This document shows, piece by piece, positions 1 to 8,672 of a DNA stretch of 24,936 bases. A program made the position numbers and the translations under genes. Position 1 is the first letter of the stretch; each line of letters starts with the position of its first letter. This DNA is from a virus. Its lineage: Duplodnaviria > Caudoviricetes. The DNA lies in IMG/VR virus record IMGVR_UViG_3300020727_000549, positions 1 to 24,936 of that record. One strand, given 5' to 3'. The notes under the pieces were generated by a model. It was not told where the DNA came from. It saw nothing but the letters and a program-made list of their open reading frames with translations, and searched no databases.

Positions 1-453
1 AATGCAGGTCGCAGTCTTTGGTTATGGACCAATTATCTAGACAACTACGATATTTGGGCAGTGGATATAATGCCCACATATATAATGTCAAGGCCATTCC
101 AATCAGATCTCGATCAGAATCCTAACCTACATATACAGTGGAACAAGGATAGCACTGATGTAGAAACTTATAATAGTATCCCGGAACAGTTTGATATTAT
201 CATCGACGACGGTGATCATAGACCCGAGATACAGGTTAAAACTTTTATGGCTGCTTGGCCCAAGTTAGCAACTCACGGTACTTATGTTATTGAAGATGTT
301 CGAGGTGTTGAACAGGTCGGCTACCTTTTATACAATATCAGAAAAGTTTATCCGAATACTAAATTTGATTTCTATTTTGGTACAGCAGAAAATGCTCAAT
401 GGAACGGTATAGGTATCAACGACGATATCATTGTAACAGTGACCAGTTTTTAA
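1..453 (+). CDS. SAM-dependent methyltransferase (5'-partial; probable sugar O-methyltransferase type)
   Basis: Frame is open from base 1 (NAGRSLWLW...WAVDI). Motifs FDIIIDDGDH and WPKLATHGTYVIEDV are typical of class I methyltransferases. Confidence 0.7.
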   Translation, partial: NAGRSLWLWTNYLDNYDIWAVDIMPTYIMSRPFQSDLDQNPNLHIQWNKDSTDVETYNSIPEQFDIIIDDGDHRPEIQVKTFMAAWPKLATHGTYVIEDVRGVEQVGYLLYNIRKVYPNTKFDFYFGTAENAQWNGIGINDDIIVTVTSF

Positions 454-461
454 TTTAATAC

Positions 462-503
462 GGCCCTACCCAATGCATGTAATGTACGGTAGGGGTTTCT
501 TTT
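462..503 (+). terminator. Probable intrinsic terminator
   Basis: CCCTACC (464-470) pairs with GGTAGGG (488-494), with an inner TGCAT/ATGTA stem, followed by TTTCTTTT. Confidence 0.6.
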
Positions 504-530
504 GACATTTTTATCAATCTATGTTATAAT
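502..530 (+). promoter_or_regulatory. sigma70-type promoter, probably giving a leaderless mRNA
   Basis: TTGACA(502-507)-17 nt-TATAAT(525-530); ATG lies 5 nt downstream with no SD. Confidence 0.85.
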
Positions 531-535
531 AGTGT

Positions 536-1006
536 ATGAATATTCCTAAATGTTATCAATTAGTGGGAGTTCCGGGTAGCGGTAAAACTACTTGGATTAA
601 CAATCAAGATTGGACTCGAGATTGTGCTTACATTTCTACAGATCGTCTTGTAGAAGAATATGCAGCCGCCGAGGGTAAAACCTATAGTGAGGTGTTCAAT
701 GAATACATGCCACGGGCTGTAGAGTTGATGTCACAAGAAGTTATTGTGGCCCGCGAGGCGGGTCGAGATATTATTTGGGATCAAACTAGCACAACTCTTG
801 CTAGTCGAGCTCGTAAATTTAATATGTTGCCTGACTATGAGCACGTTGCTGTAGTGTTTGAAACACCCGACAGAATTGAATTAAAGCGTCGATTGGCAAG
901 TAGGCCCGGGAAAGAAATTCCAGATGCTGTAATAGAAGGTATGTTGGCCAGTTTCGAGATGCCAACGGAAGAAGAAGGTTTTAGGGAAATTTGGAGAGCG
1001 GTATGA
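536..1006 (+). CDS. P-loop kinase (AAA_33 / polynucleotide kinase-like)
   Basis: Walker A GVPGSGKTT, then STD, WDQT and RLASR lid motifs. Confidence 0.8.
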   Translation: MNIPKCYQLVGVPGSGKTTWINNQDWTRDCAYISTDRLVEEYAAAEGKTYSEVFNEYMPRAVELMSQEVIVAREAGRDIIWDQTSTTLASRARKFNMLPDYEHVAVVFETPDRIELKRRLASRPGKEIPDAVIEGMLASFEMPTEEEGFREIWRAV

Positions 1007-1116
1007 TGTATATTACAAATTACGACAGCTCTGTAAATCTTCCCTACGAAGATGGTTTATTAGAGTGGCTACAAGAACGTTACCCACATTCACGATACAG
1101 GATTGAATATGTCTGA
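1003..1116 (+). CDS. Small hypothetical protein (37 aa, not in ORF track)
   Basis: MMYITNYDSSVNLPYEDGLLEWLQERYPHSRYRIEYV*; ATGA overlap with the upstream stop and overlap with the next start fill the gap. Confidence 0.6.
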   Translation: MMYITNYDSSVNLPYEDGLLEWLQERYPHSRYRIEYV

Positions 1117-1360
1117 AAAGAAAGTTAAAGAACCTATTGAACATAAAGACAAATTGGGACGATTGCTCAAAGTGGGCGATTGTGTAGCATATCCGTCTAG
1201 TAATAGTTTGATGATTGGCATTGTTAAGAAACTCAATCCCAAAATGGTTGGTGTTAAACCATTAAAAAATAATTGGGGCTCGGGCAATAAATATCCGCAG
1301 GATATAGTATTGTTAGAAGGACCTGAAGTTACAATGTATTTGTTGATGGCAAATAGTTGA
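1109..1360 (+). CDS. Hypothetical protein (possible SH3/KOW-like fold)
   Basis: ATG at 1109; DKLGRLLKVGDCVAY motif is common in small phage proteins. Confidence 0.7.
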   Translation: MSEKKVKEPIEHKDKLGRLLKVGDCVAYPSSNSLMIGIVKKLNPKMVGVKPLKNNWGSGNKYPQDIVLLEGPEVTMYLLMANS

Positions 1361-1385
1361 CATTTTAGTCTATTGGTGTTATAAT
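1357..1385 (+). promoter_or_regulatory. sigma70-type promoter
   Basis: TTGACA-17 nt-TATAAT; SD AAGGAG precedes ATG 1411. Confidence 0.85.
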
Positions 1386-1410
1386 ACAATATTAAAGAAA
1401 GGAGATCGAT

Positions 1411-2013
1411 ATGCCAGCAGTATTTTTATATTCTGATCCACATTTTGGACACCAAGGAGTTTGTCGTTTTATGCGAAACGATGGTGTGACCAAATTACGG
1501 CCTTGGGATAATGCCGAGGAAATGGATGAAGAATTAATTAAAAGATATAACGAAAAAGTTCGTCCAAAAGACAAGTGTTATTTTTTAGGCGATGTTGTTA
1601 TTAACCGCAAAGCATTACCTACGTTAGCCCGCTTAAATGGCGACAAGGTCTTAATCCGCGGCAACCACGACATCTTCCGTGATGAAGACTACCGTGAATA
1701 CTTTCGCGAGTTACGGGCTTACCACGTGATGAACGGTATGATCTTAAGTCATATCCCTGTTCATGAAGCAAGTTTAGGTCGCTTCGGCACCAACATCCAC
1801 GGACACTTACATGCTAACAGAGTTATGAAGGCTCGCGGTGTTAATGCTAAAACTGGTGAAATCTTATACAGTGATGAGATTGATCCACGCTACTGGTGTG
1901 CTTGTGTTGAACAAACTGACTTTGCACCTATCTTATTTGAAGACGCTATGAAGCGTATAGAAGCAGAAGGTGGTGTAGTTGGATTTAAGAACGGCAACGG
2001 ACCGACCATGTAA
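1411..2013 (+). CDS. Calcineurin-like metallophosphoesterase
   Basis: Motifs SDPHFGH, LGDV, RGNHD and HGHLH. Confidence 0.9.
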   Translation: MPAVFLYSDPHFGHQGVCRFMRNDGVTKLRPWDNAEEMDEELIKRYNEKVRPKDKCYFLGDVVINRKALPTLARLNGDKVLIRGNHDIFRDEDYREYFRELRAYHVMNGMILSHIPVHEASLGRFGTNIHGHLHANRVMKARGVNAKTGEILYSDEIDPRYWCACVEQTDFAPILFEDAMKRIEAEGGVVGFKNGNGPTM

Positions 2014-2014
2014 G

Positions 2015-2044
2015 AATAGGACCTCAGGGTCCTATTTTTTTTTT
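2015..2044 (+). terminator. Intrinsic terminator
   Basis: AATAGGACC-TCAG-GGTCCTATT hairpin followed by a T run. Confidence 0.9.
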
Positions 2045-2048
2045 GGAT

Positions 2049-2054
2049 TAAATA
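2049..2054 (+). promoter_or_regulatory. TAAATA late-type promoter for the tRNA
   Basis: TAAATA lies 6 nt upstream of the tRNA 5' end, directly after a terminator, and resembles the T4 late promoter TATAAATA. Confidence 0.55.
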
Positions 2055-2060
2055 TCTCAA

Positions 2061-2135
2061 GGGTCCTTAGTTCAACGGATAGAACACCGTGTTCCGATCG
2101 CGGTGATAGGGGTTCAATTCCTCTAGGGCCCGCCA
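2061..2135 (+). tRNA. tRNA-Arg(CCG)
   Basis: Cloverleaf: acceptor GGGTCCT/AGGGCCC, D arm GTTC/GAAC with A20, anticodon stem CCGTG/CGCGG with loop TT-CCG-AT, T arm AGGGG-TTCAATT-CCTCT, discriminator G, encoded CCA. Confidence 0.93.
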
Positions 2136-2142
2136 TGTTATA

Positions 2143-3180
2143 ATGATAATTATGTGTATGTCAACATTACACATTCTAGCCAGCCCTTACGATGCAGTTA
2201 ACATCAATCGAAGAGATGATCCATTTAGTATACTAGCCTACAAGTTTATGAGGCATATGGAACAATACGGATGGAAGTGTGTACACTACGGAATTCCGGG
2301 AACAGAAGTTCCGTGTGAAATGGTTCAGTGTTTAGACAGTCGATCCGGTCATGGACCCACTGATTCTAAAATTTACAACGATAGAGCAGGTGCTGCCATT
2401 GCTGCTCGTAAACAACCAGACGATATGATATTATGTTATCATGGTTGGGAAAACAAAGGTGCCTGCGATCTCAATCCAGACCTTAGAGCAGTAGAACACA
2501 GTATTGGCTATGAAACCAAGGCAGTGTTTGCTCCGTTTCGTGCTTTTACTAGCCAAGCACAAATGCACATGTTTTACGGTGAACGAAATATGTTGATGAG
2601 TCCTAGTTGGTTTGATACTGTGATTTATAATGCTATATCAAAAGACGAATTTGACTACACCGAAGATAAGGATGATTATTTTCTCTACTTTGGTCGTGTT
2701 ATTCCTGCCAAGGGTGTAAACATTGCTATACAGGCCACAGAAGCAGCAGGTAAAAAATTAATCATTGCCGGTCGCGGAACACTGGCGGATATGGGGTATA
2801 GTTCAACTCCTAGCCATGTTACCTTAGCCGGTCTATGTGATGCTGAACAACGTCGTAAACTCATGTCCAAGGCCAAGGCCATACTGGGACCTACAACCTA
2901 TGTTGAACCATTTGGCAATATGATCGTAGAAGGTTATATGAGCGGTACTCCTGCTATTACCACAGACTGGGGTGGATTTACTGAAACAGTGATCAACGGC
3001 GTTACTGGATTTCGTTGCCGGGAGCATCGACAGTTTGTAGAAGCACTAGAACGCATTGACGAAATTAAACCCCGAAACTGCTATGACTGGGCTTTAAACA
3101 ACTGCGAAGATCAAGTAGTGCACTCTCAGTTAGATACTTGGTTAAGAAAAGTTCAAGAATTTAATTATTACAGAGAATGA
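2143..3180 (+). CDS. GT-B (family 4-like) glycosyltransferase
   Basis: YFGRVIPAKG and YVEPFGNMIVEGYMSGTPAITTDWGGFTE motifs; the real start may be ATG 2158. Confidence 0.9.
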   Translation: MIIMCMSTLHILASPYDAVNINRRDDPFSILAYKFMRHMEQYGWKCVHYGIPGTEVPCEMVQCLDSRSGHGPTDSKIYNDRAGAAIAARKQPDDMILCYHGWENKGACDLNPDLRAVEHSIGYETKAVFAPFRAFTSQAQMHMFYGERNMLMSPSWFDTVIYNAISKDEFDYTEDKDDYFLYFGRVIPAKGVNIAIQATEAAGKKLIIAGRGTLADMGYSSTPSHVTLAGLCDAEQRRKLMSKAKAILGPTTYVEPFGNMIVEGYMSGTPAITTDWGGFTETVINGVTGFRCREHRQFVEALERIDEIKPRNCYDWALNNCEDQVVHSQLDTWLRKVQEFNYYRE

Positions 3181-3932
3181 AAACTGCGTTTATTATTACT
3201 AGTTGTATCGAAGTTAAAAACGAGCATCCCTTAACCTATAGTAAGACTCGTAGTTATTTTTCTAGTGAAGAAAGACTGCGTCAAACCATTACCACCATTG
3301 CCAGCATAGATTCGCTGGTAAAAAAGGATGCAACAATATATATTGTAGATGCCAGCGAGCATTGGGAAAACTATGCTAATTATTTTTGGTATCAACCTAA
3401 CCTAAAATTTATTAGTATTAAGAACGAGTTTCCTGAAATATTCAACACAGTTACCAGTCATCCTAATAAGAGTTACTGCGAATGTTTGCTGTTAGAGGCC
3501 TTTATGAGCAAGTATCGAGAAGAACTAGTACTTCATGATCATGTTGTTAAAATCAGTGGAAGATATTTTCTTGACAGCAACTTTGATATAGAAATATTTA
3601 AAAAGAACAATAATAAAATTGTTTTCAAACATCCTATAAAGAATGAGTGGCAAGACTGGTGGGGATATAATATGGTTGATCTGCGACAGCAACAAAACAA
3701 TAATATTCTTTATCAGTACTGTTCTGTACTATTCGGATTCTGTAGTTTACAGTTTGATTATATGCTAGGTACAATTAAAAAAATAAAAGACACACTGGTC
3801 GACCCCGTTAACTATCATTATGATTTGGAAACACTGAGTTATTTTTTTACTAGAGGTAGCCAAGATATTATACATGCCGATTGGATAGTTTATGGATTTC
3901 ACGGGCCCGACGGCAGATTTGTTCGATATTAA
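3177..3932 (+). CDS. Hypothetical protein, possibly glycosyltransferase-related
   Basis: ATGA-coupled to the upstream GT; ERLRQT, IYIVDAS and VKISGRY motifs recur in glycan-locus proteins. Confidence 0.6.
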   Translation: MKTAFIITSCIEVKNEHPLTYSKTRSYFSSEERLRQTITTIASIDSLVKKDATIYIVDASEHWENYANYFWYQPNLKFISIKNEFPEIFNTVTSHPNKSYCECLLLEAFMSKYREELVLHDHVVKISGRYFLDSNFDIEIFKKNNNKIVFKHPIKNEWQDWWGYNMVDLRQQQNNNILYQYCSVLFGFCSLQFDYMLGTIKKIKDTLVDPVNYHYDLETLSYFFTRGSQDIIHADWIVYGFHGPDGRFVRY

Positions 3933-3952
3933 CAGAATTTTAACCATTATTA

Positions 3953-3992
3953 TTGACTTTAAATCTATCTGCAACTTATACTAAGATAAATA
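3953..3992 (+). promoter_or_regulatory. sigma70-type promoter with adjacent ATAAATA
   Basis: TTGACT(3953-3958)-18 nt-TATACT(3977-3982), then ATAAATA (3986-3992). Confidence 0.55.
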
Positions 3993-4016
3993 TTTTAGTC
4001 TAAAAGGTGTGCATGT

Positions 4017-4733
4017 ATGTTTGACTGGTCCAAACTAAACCGCCAAGATATAGCCGATGCTATACAAACTCTTTCTCCCAAACTTGTGGGAGATTCGATC
4101 CAGCAACAAGATTTCCATAGAATACTATCCACTTATCTCAAACGCAAATATCGTGTTAAAGTATCCGAGGGTTGGGATACAAAAGTGAAAACACACGCTG
4201 TTTTCACAGGCGGTACCTACTATAGTGACTTAGATGCGGAAGATAAAAAGTGCATCGAATTGAACTTTATCTACAACCCTGTTATATCAGAATTTAAAAT
4301 TACCAAACGAAGATTCAACCAATTGTGTAATTTGATTGCCGATACTCTACTGCATGAAATTATACACATGCGCCAATATCGCAGACGATCTTTTAAATCG
4401 TTGCCTAACTATAACAGCACAGCATCCAAGGGCAAACTACGAGAAGAACAAAGTTATTTGGGCAACAGTGATGAAATAGATGCCTATGGGTTTAACATAG
4501 CCTGCGAACTTTTACATAAACACAAGGGTGATCAGCAGGCTGTAATTGATCATCTAAACATAGATCTCAAAGGTAGTAAAAAATCCGGCGGATGTTGGAA
4601 AGTTTATCTAAAAGCCTTTGAGCACGATCATAATCACGAAATCATTAAGAAACTTAAAAAGAAAGTAATACGATACATACCTCGAGCAGTAGAAGGTCGT
4701 CCGTTCAAGAATACCGACTGGATCTGCTATTGA
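4017..4733 (+). CDS. HExxH zincin-like metalloprotein
   Basis: LLHEIIHMRQ plus a downstream DEIDAY that could supply the third-ligand Glu. Confidence 0.65.
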   Translation: MFDWSKLNRQDIADAIQTLSPKLVGDSIQQQDFHRILSTYLKRKYRVKVSEGWDTKVKTHAVFTGGTYYSDLDAEDKKCIELNFIYNPVISEFKITKRRFNQLCNLIADTLLHEIIHMRQYRRRSFKSLPNYNSTASKGKLREEQSYLGNSDEIDAYGFNIACELLHKHKGDQQAVIDHLNIDLKGSKKSGGCWKVYLKAFEHDHNHEIIKKLKKKVIRYIPRAVEGRPFKNTDWICY

Positions 4734-4758
4734 CATTTAAATAACACTATGTTAAAAT
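4730..4758 (+). promoter_or_regulatory. sigma70-type promoter, probably giving a leaderless mRNA
   Basis: TTGACA-17 nt-TAAAAT; ATG lies 6 nt downstream with no SD. Confidence 0.75.
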
Positions 4759-4764
4759 AGTGTT

Positions 4765-4992
4765 ATGACATATAAAACTCATACCAGCACTATACGCACT
4801 CTCAAGCAGGGTGATCCTAACTTTGTAATCAACGACGGACTAATGCAGACACCTCGAGCAGGATTCGAAATCAGTAATCGATGCCCAGACAATTATGCAA
4901 GCCTTATTCAGGAATGTATTATGCATGGTTGGCTCAAACCTGTAGCACATGTCACAGAACGAGAATTGTTGTTTATGGGGTTGACTAAATGA
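4765..4992 (+). CDS. Hypothetical protein
   Basis: 75-aa ORF behind a promoter, ATGA-coupled to the next gene. Confidence 0.7.
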   Translation: MTYKTHTSTIRTLKQGDPNFVINDGLMQTPRAGFEISNRCPDNYASLIQECIMHGWLKPVAHVTERELLFMGLTK

Positions 4993-5867
4993 GTAATGGC
5001 GGTTATACTATGAATATGCCCGGCACTATCGGTGGTGCTAAAATTATTTTTAAAAATTCAAACATGGATAAAATTGGAATTATTGGCCTAGGCTTTGTAG
5101 GTGGCGCTATTAAAAACGCTCTAAATGACATTTGGGGTCATGAAGTAACCTGTGTAGATCCCGCTAAAGGTTATAATAATACCATTGCTGATCTTAAAGA
5201 TTGCGACGGTGTATTTGTTTGTGTGCCAACTCCGCAAGATGATGATGGCACTTGTGATACAAGCCCCATGGAAAGTGTATTAGCAGAATTAGCCTCTGTA
5301 GGTTTCCAAGGGGTTATTATTAGTAAATGTACCGCTCCAGCAGATGTTTATGAACGCTTAAATGAACAATATCCAAATCTTGTTCACGCACCCGAGTTCC
5401 TTACTGCAGCCAATGCCAACCGAGATTATGTCAACGGCACATTCTGTATCATCGGAGGTAAACATAAATTATATCTCCGCGAAGCTGAACGCATCATTCG
5501 AACAAGCCAACAAAGTCTAGGTGATAATGTTAAATGGTGTTCAATTGGCGAAGCTGCATTGGCAAAATATACCATTAACTGCTTTATGAGCACCAAGGTT
5601 ATCTTTATGAATGAAATGTATAACCTTGCTACCAAGATGGGATTTGACTACAATACGATTGCTAACATGGTCACAATGGACCCTCGCATGGGTAAGAGCC
5701 ATATGCAGGTTCCAGGACCCGACGGCATGTTTGGGTTCGGCGGTGCGTGTTTCCCCAAAGATACCAGTGCTCTACTAAAGACTGCAGAACAACAGGGTAT
5801 TGATATGATGGTTTTGGATGCCGCAGTTAAGAAAAATACCATCCTTCGCTTGACAGAACCTAAATAA
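4989..5867 (+). CDS. ugd: UDP-glucose/GDP-mannose dehydrogenase family (lacks the C-terminal domain)
   Basis: GLGFVGG Rossmann motif, CVPTP, PEFL, KYTINCFMSTKVIFMNE and catalytic GFGGACFPKD; alternative start ATG 5064. Confidence 0.88.
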   Translation: MSNGGYTMNMPGTIGGAKIIFKNSNMDKIGIIGLGFVGGAIKNALNDIWGHEVTCVDPAKGYNNTIADLKDCDGVFVCVPTPQDDDGTCDTSPMESVLAELASVGFQGVIISKCTAPADVYERLNEQYPNLVHAPEFLTAANANRDYVNGTFCIIGGKHKLYLREAERIIRTSQQSLGDNVKWCSIGEAALAKYTINCFMSTKVIFMNEMYNLATKMGFDYNTIANMVTMDPRMGKSHMQVPGPDGMFGFGGACFPKDTSALLKTAEQQGIDMMVLDAAVKKNTILRLTEPK

Positions 5868-5878
5868 TCCTGTATTAT
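5850..5878 (+). promoter_or_regulatory. sigma70-type promoter for folE (TAAATA in spacer)
   Basis: TTGACA-17 nt-TATTAT with TG immediately before the -10. Confidence 0.65.
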
Positions 5879-5895
5879 AAGGTATAGGAATAATA

Positions 5896-6648
5896 ATGTA
5901 CGACAAAGCATACAAAGATTTTCAACAAGGCGAAGAACTTCATAGCGACAAAGGCTATGAAGAAGCATATTTTGCTGACGTAATTCGAACTAAAATGAAA
6001 CGTGATCAAAAGCGTTTTTGGGCCGGTGACAACATCAGCGATTATCTACATGAAGGCGATCGTGAACGACTAATTGACGAAGCTACAGAAGCATTTGAAT
6101 TAGTTCTTGATCGGTTGCTTATTGATCGCGAAAACGATCCTAATAGTAAAGGTACAGCTCGCCGACTGGCTAAAATGTATTTTAACGAAATTATGGCAGG
6201 CAGATATGAACCGGCTCCAGATGCAACAGCATTTCCAAACGACTCGGCGGATCGTTATGAAGGTATGCTTGTTGTTCGTAGTGAGTTACGCTCTATGTGC
6301 TCACATCATCACCAGCCCGTTAGTGGTGTTGCTTATATTGGTATTATTGCTGCTAATAAGCTCATTGGTCTCTCTAAGTACACTCGTATTGCTCAGTGGT
6401 GTGCTCGTCGTGGTACTCTCCAGGAGGAACTATGTAATGACATTGCTAGAGAAATCAGTAAGGCAACTGATTCAGAAAATGTAGGTGTTTATTTAAGAAT
6501 GACTCACGGATGTTGCGAGAACAGAGGTATTATGGCTCACGATAGTTCAACAACAACTTCTGTCCTTAAAGGAGCATTTAACAAAGATCCGGGCACAAAG
6601 AAGGAGTTCTTTGATACACTGAGTCTTCAGGAATCTAATAAGCGGTAA
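5896..6648 (+). CDS. folE: GTP cyclohydrolase I
   Basis: TARRLAKMY, SMCSHHHQP, IGLSKYTRI, QEEL and HGCCENRG motifs. Confidence 0.95.
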   Translation: MYDKAYKDFQQGEELHSDKGYEEAYFADVIRTKMKRDQKRFWAGDNISDYLHEGDRERLIDEATEAFELVLDRLLIDRENDPNSKGTARRLAKMYFNEIMAGRYEPAPDATAFPNDSADRYEGMLVVRSELRSMCSHHHQPVSGVAYIGIIAANKLIGLSKYTRIAQWCARRGTLQEELCNDIAREISKATDSENVGVYLRMTHGCCENRGIMAHDSSTTTSVLKGAFNKDPGTKKEFFDTLSLQESNKR

Positions 6649-6685
6649 GTATATCGCCCAACAAATCATTCAATAAAGGTAAAAT

Positions 6686-7411
6686 ATGAAAAAAGGTAAG
6701 TTAAACATTCCTAGCCGCCAACAAGTGGCACAGAATCAAGTAGCCAATGCTGCTCAACAATCTATGCAACCGCAAGCCGGTGGACGCCGTCCTAGCATTA
6801 TGATTGCTGTTCCGGCAATGGAAATGGTTAATGCTGAATTTGCACAGCATTTGGCCATGGCAGCGGCTAATATGGTTGCCAATGGCATTAAGATTAATTG
6901 TGCATTTAACATTGGCTCAGTGATCACTATTGCTCGTCGCAATCTAGTTGATATCTTCTTGAAGAGCGACTTTGATTACATTTGGTGGGTTGATAGCGAT
7001 ATGAAATTCCCTATCGATGCTCCTATGCGTTTGTTGGCTCGTAACAAAGATATCGTCGGTGCTAACTATCGTCGTCGTCGTTTCCCTAATCCTAACTTTA
7101 CAGGTATGATGGGATCCAGCGGTCAGTTCACAGAATTCCAAACTACAGACAATTCTCCTGCAATGGAACTTATCGATGTATTGCCACACGGTATGGTTCT
7201 ATGCAAGCGTGAAGTTTACGAACGAGTTCCTCAACCGCACTACCTACAAGAATATGTTAAAGAACTTAATCTTGAAATTGGTGAGGACATTTATTTCTGC
7301 CAACAAGCTCAAAAGGCAGGATATGAAGTATGGTGCGATCAAGAATTGAGCAGAGAAGTAGCACACATTGGTATTTTCCACTTTAACTACAATCTATCAG
7401 TTCCAAAATAA
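6686..7411 (+). CDS. GT-A fold glycosyltransferase-like protein
   Basis: IARRNLV, WWVDSDM (DxD) and GEDIYFC...GYEVWCD...HIG motifs. Confidence 0.75.
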   Translation: MKKGKLNIPSRQQVAQNQVANAAQQSMQPQAGGRRPSIMIAVPAMEMVNAEFAQHLAMAAANMVANGIKINCAFNIGSVITIARRNLVDIFLKSDFDYIWWVDSDMKFPIDAPMRLLARNKDIVGANYRRRRFPNPNFTGMMGSSGQFTEFQTTDNSPAMELIDVLPHGMVLCKREVYERVPQPHYLQEYVKELNLEIGEDIYFCQQAQKAGYEVWCDQELSREVAHIGIFHFNYNLSVPK

Positions 7412-7426
7412 ACTGAAAGGGAACCC

Positions 7427-7594
7427 ATGTTGTTCGAAAGCATAGAGATTCGTAAAGTACGCAATGGTGTGATTGTCACACTGCGTACCGACGAAGATGA
7501 AGATCAAGAATATGTCTACGACACAGATCGTAAAGCGATTAAGTTTGTCAAAGACCTTCTTGAAGCAAAAAGTAAGGAACAGGCTCCGGCTTGA
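7427..7594 (+). CDS. Small hypothetical protein (55 aa, not in ORF track)
   Basis: MLFESIEIRKVRNGVIVTLRTDEDEDQEYVYDTDRKAIKFVKDLLEAKSKEQAPA*; SD-like AAGGGA upstream; fills the intergenic gap. Confidence 0.75.
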   Translation: MLFESIEIRKVRNGVIVTLRTDEDEDQEYVYDTDRKAIKFVKDLLEAKSKEQAPA

Positions 7595-7601
7595 TTAAAC
7601 A

Positions 7602-8069
7602 ATGACAGTTAAGAAACAATATAGCATAGGCGACACAGTTTGGATCTACGGTGTTAGCAATGGTAAATCTACAGAAGGTAAGGTTGTTCAAACTTTTACC
7701 GTTGACCAAGATGGTTGGGATCCAGATACGGTTCATTATGTTATAGCGATTCCTACTGAAATCGAATACTTGCTAGAAGTAAGAACATGGGAAACCATTA
7801 GCCAAACTAAAGACGGACATGTCGGTAGTTTGCGTGAAGCATTTAATGATCCAGATGCTGGCATTAGATTGATGCGAAGGACTGGTGTTGATCTGACTTC
7901 CGAGGGTGACTTTGAGCAACATGATGAGGATGATGACATCAGTGCCGACGCTATTCATGCTGCTCTTGAAAAGTCACAGAAGGATGCTAGCCATCAACCC
8001 TTGGTTATCAAAGAAAATAAAGCACGACGCCGCTATCTTAGCCGCAAGAAAAAGCCAAATGCAAACTGA
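7602..8069 (+). CDS. Hypothetical protein
   Basis: YSIGDTVW SH3-like start, acidic middle and basic C-terminus; lies in the operon. Confidence 0.75.
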   Translation: MTVKKQYSIGDTVWIYGVSNGKSTEGKVVQTFTVDQDGWDPDTVHYVIAIPTEIEYLLEVRTWETISQTKDGHVGSLREAFNDPDAGIRLMRRTGVDLTSEGDFEQHDEDDDISADAIHAALEKSQKDASHQPLVIKENKARRRYLSRKKKPNAN

Positions 8070-8379
8070 TTTTAGGCCATTAGAACGTGCTGTAAAGATT
8101 TGGATGGACGAGTTGAACACCTCAACGGTTAAGCCAACTTTACATAAAGCCTTTAATGGTCATTGGACACTACAACTTGTTGATGTGGAAGATGAATATC
8201 CTGTTGCTACCTTTGCTAATATACCCTCTAATAAGTTAGATCGTGCAGTTGAGTGGACCACTGAGCGTTTAGAGAGTTGGGATAACTGCCGACGTATGGC
8301 TTGGGATATGTGGGATTTTAAACATCGAAAAGATGCAGAAAAGTTTATTACCTTATTTCATTTATCATGGCATCAGTGA
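8059..8379 (+). CDS. Hypothetical protein
   Basis: Probable start ATG 8059 (MQTDF...), overlapping the upstream stop. Confidence 0.7.
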   Translation: MQTDFRPLERAVKIWMDELNTSTVKPTLHKAFNGHWTLQLVDVEDEYPVATFANIPSNKLDRAVEWTTERLESWDNCRRMAWDMWDFKHRKDAEKFITLFHLSWHQ

Positions 8380-8672
8380 GATTCAAAGTTGAAAACAATG
8401 TTGTGAAAGAAATTCATAAGGTTGTTGTATATCGTTTCTATTTGAGCGATGTAGAGGATCCGGACTTGTATGCCGCGCAACCGATGTGGGATTGGAAACA
8501 AAGTGAACAGGGTAAGTTTGTTATGGAACATGCCGTAGGTGAACCCGAATGGCACAGACAAATAAGTTACGAAACATTTGGTTATCGATATGCTATAACA
8601 GCAGAACTTGAAGCAAAGAAACTAAGTGAATTTTATTTGAGATGGGGCAAAGATGGAAGTAACAAGAGTTAG
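8367..8672 (+). CDS. Hypothetical protein
   Basis: 101-aa ORF with short overlaps on both sides. Confidence 0.75.
   Translation: MASVRFKVENNVVKEIHKVVVYRFYLSDVEDPDLYAAQPMWDWKQSEQGKFVMEHAVGEPEWHRQISYETFGYRYAITAELEAKKLSEFYLRWGKDGSNKS

Noticed and set aside
7906-8058. N-terminal extension of ORF 7906-8379
   Set aside because: It overlaps 7602-8069 extensively in another frame; ATG 8059 fits the usual short overlap.
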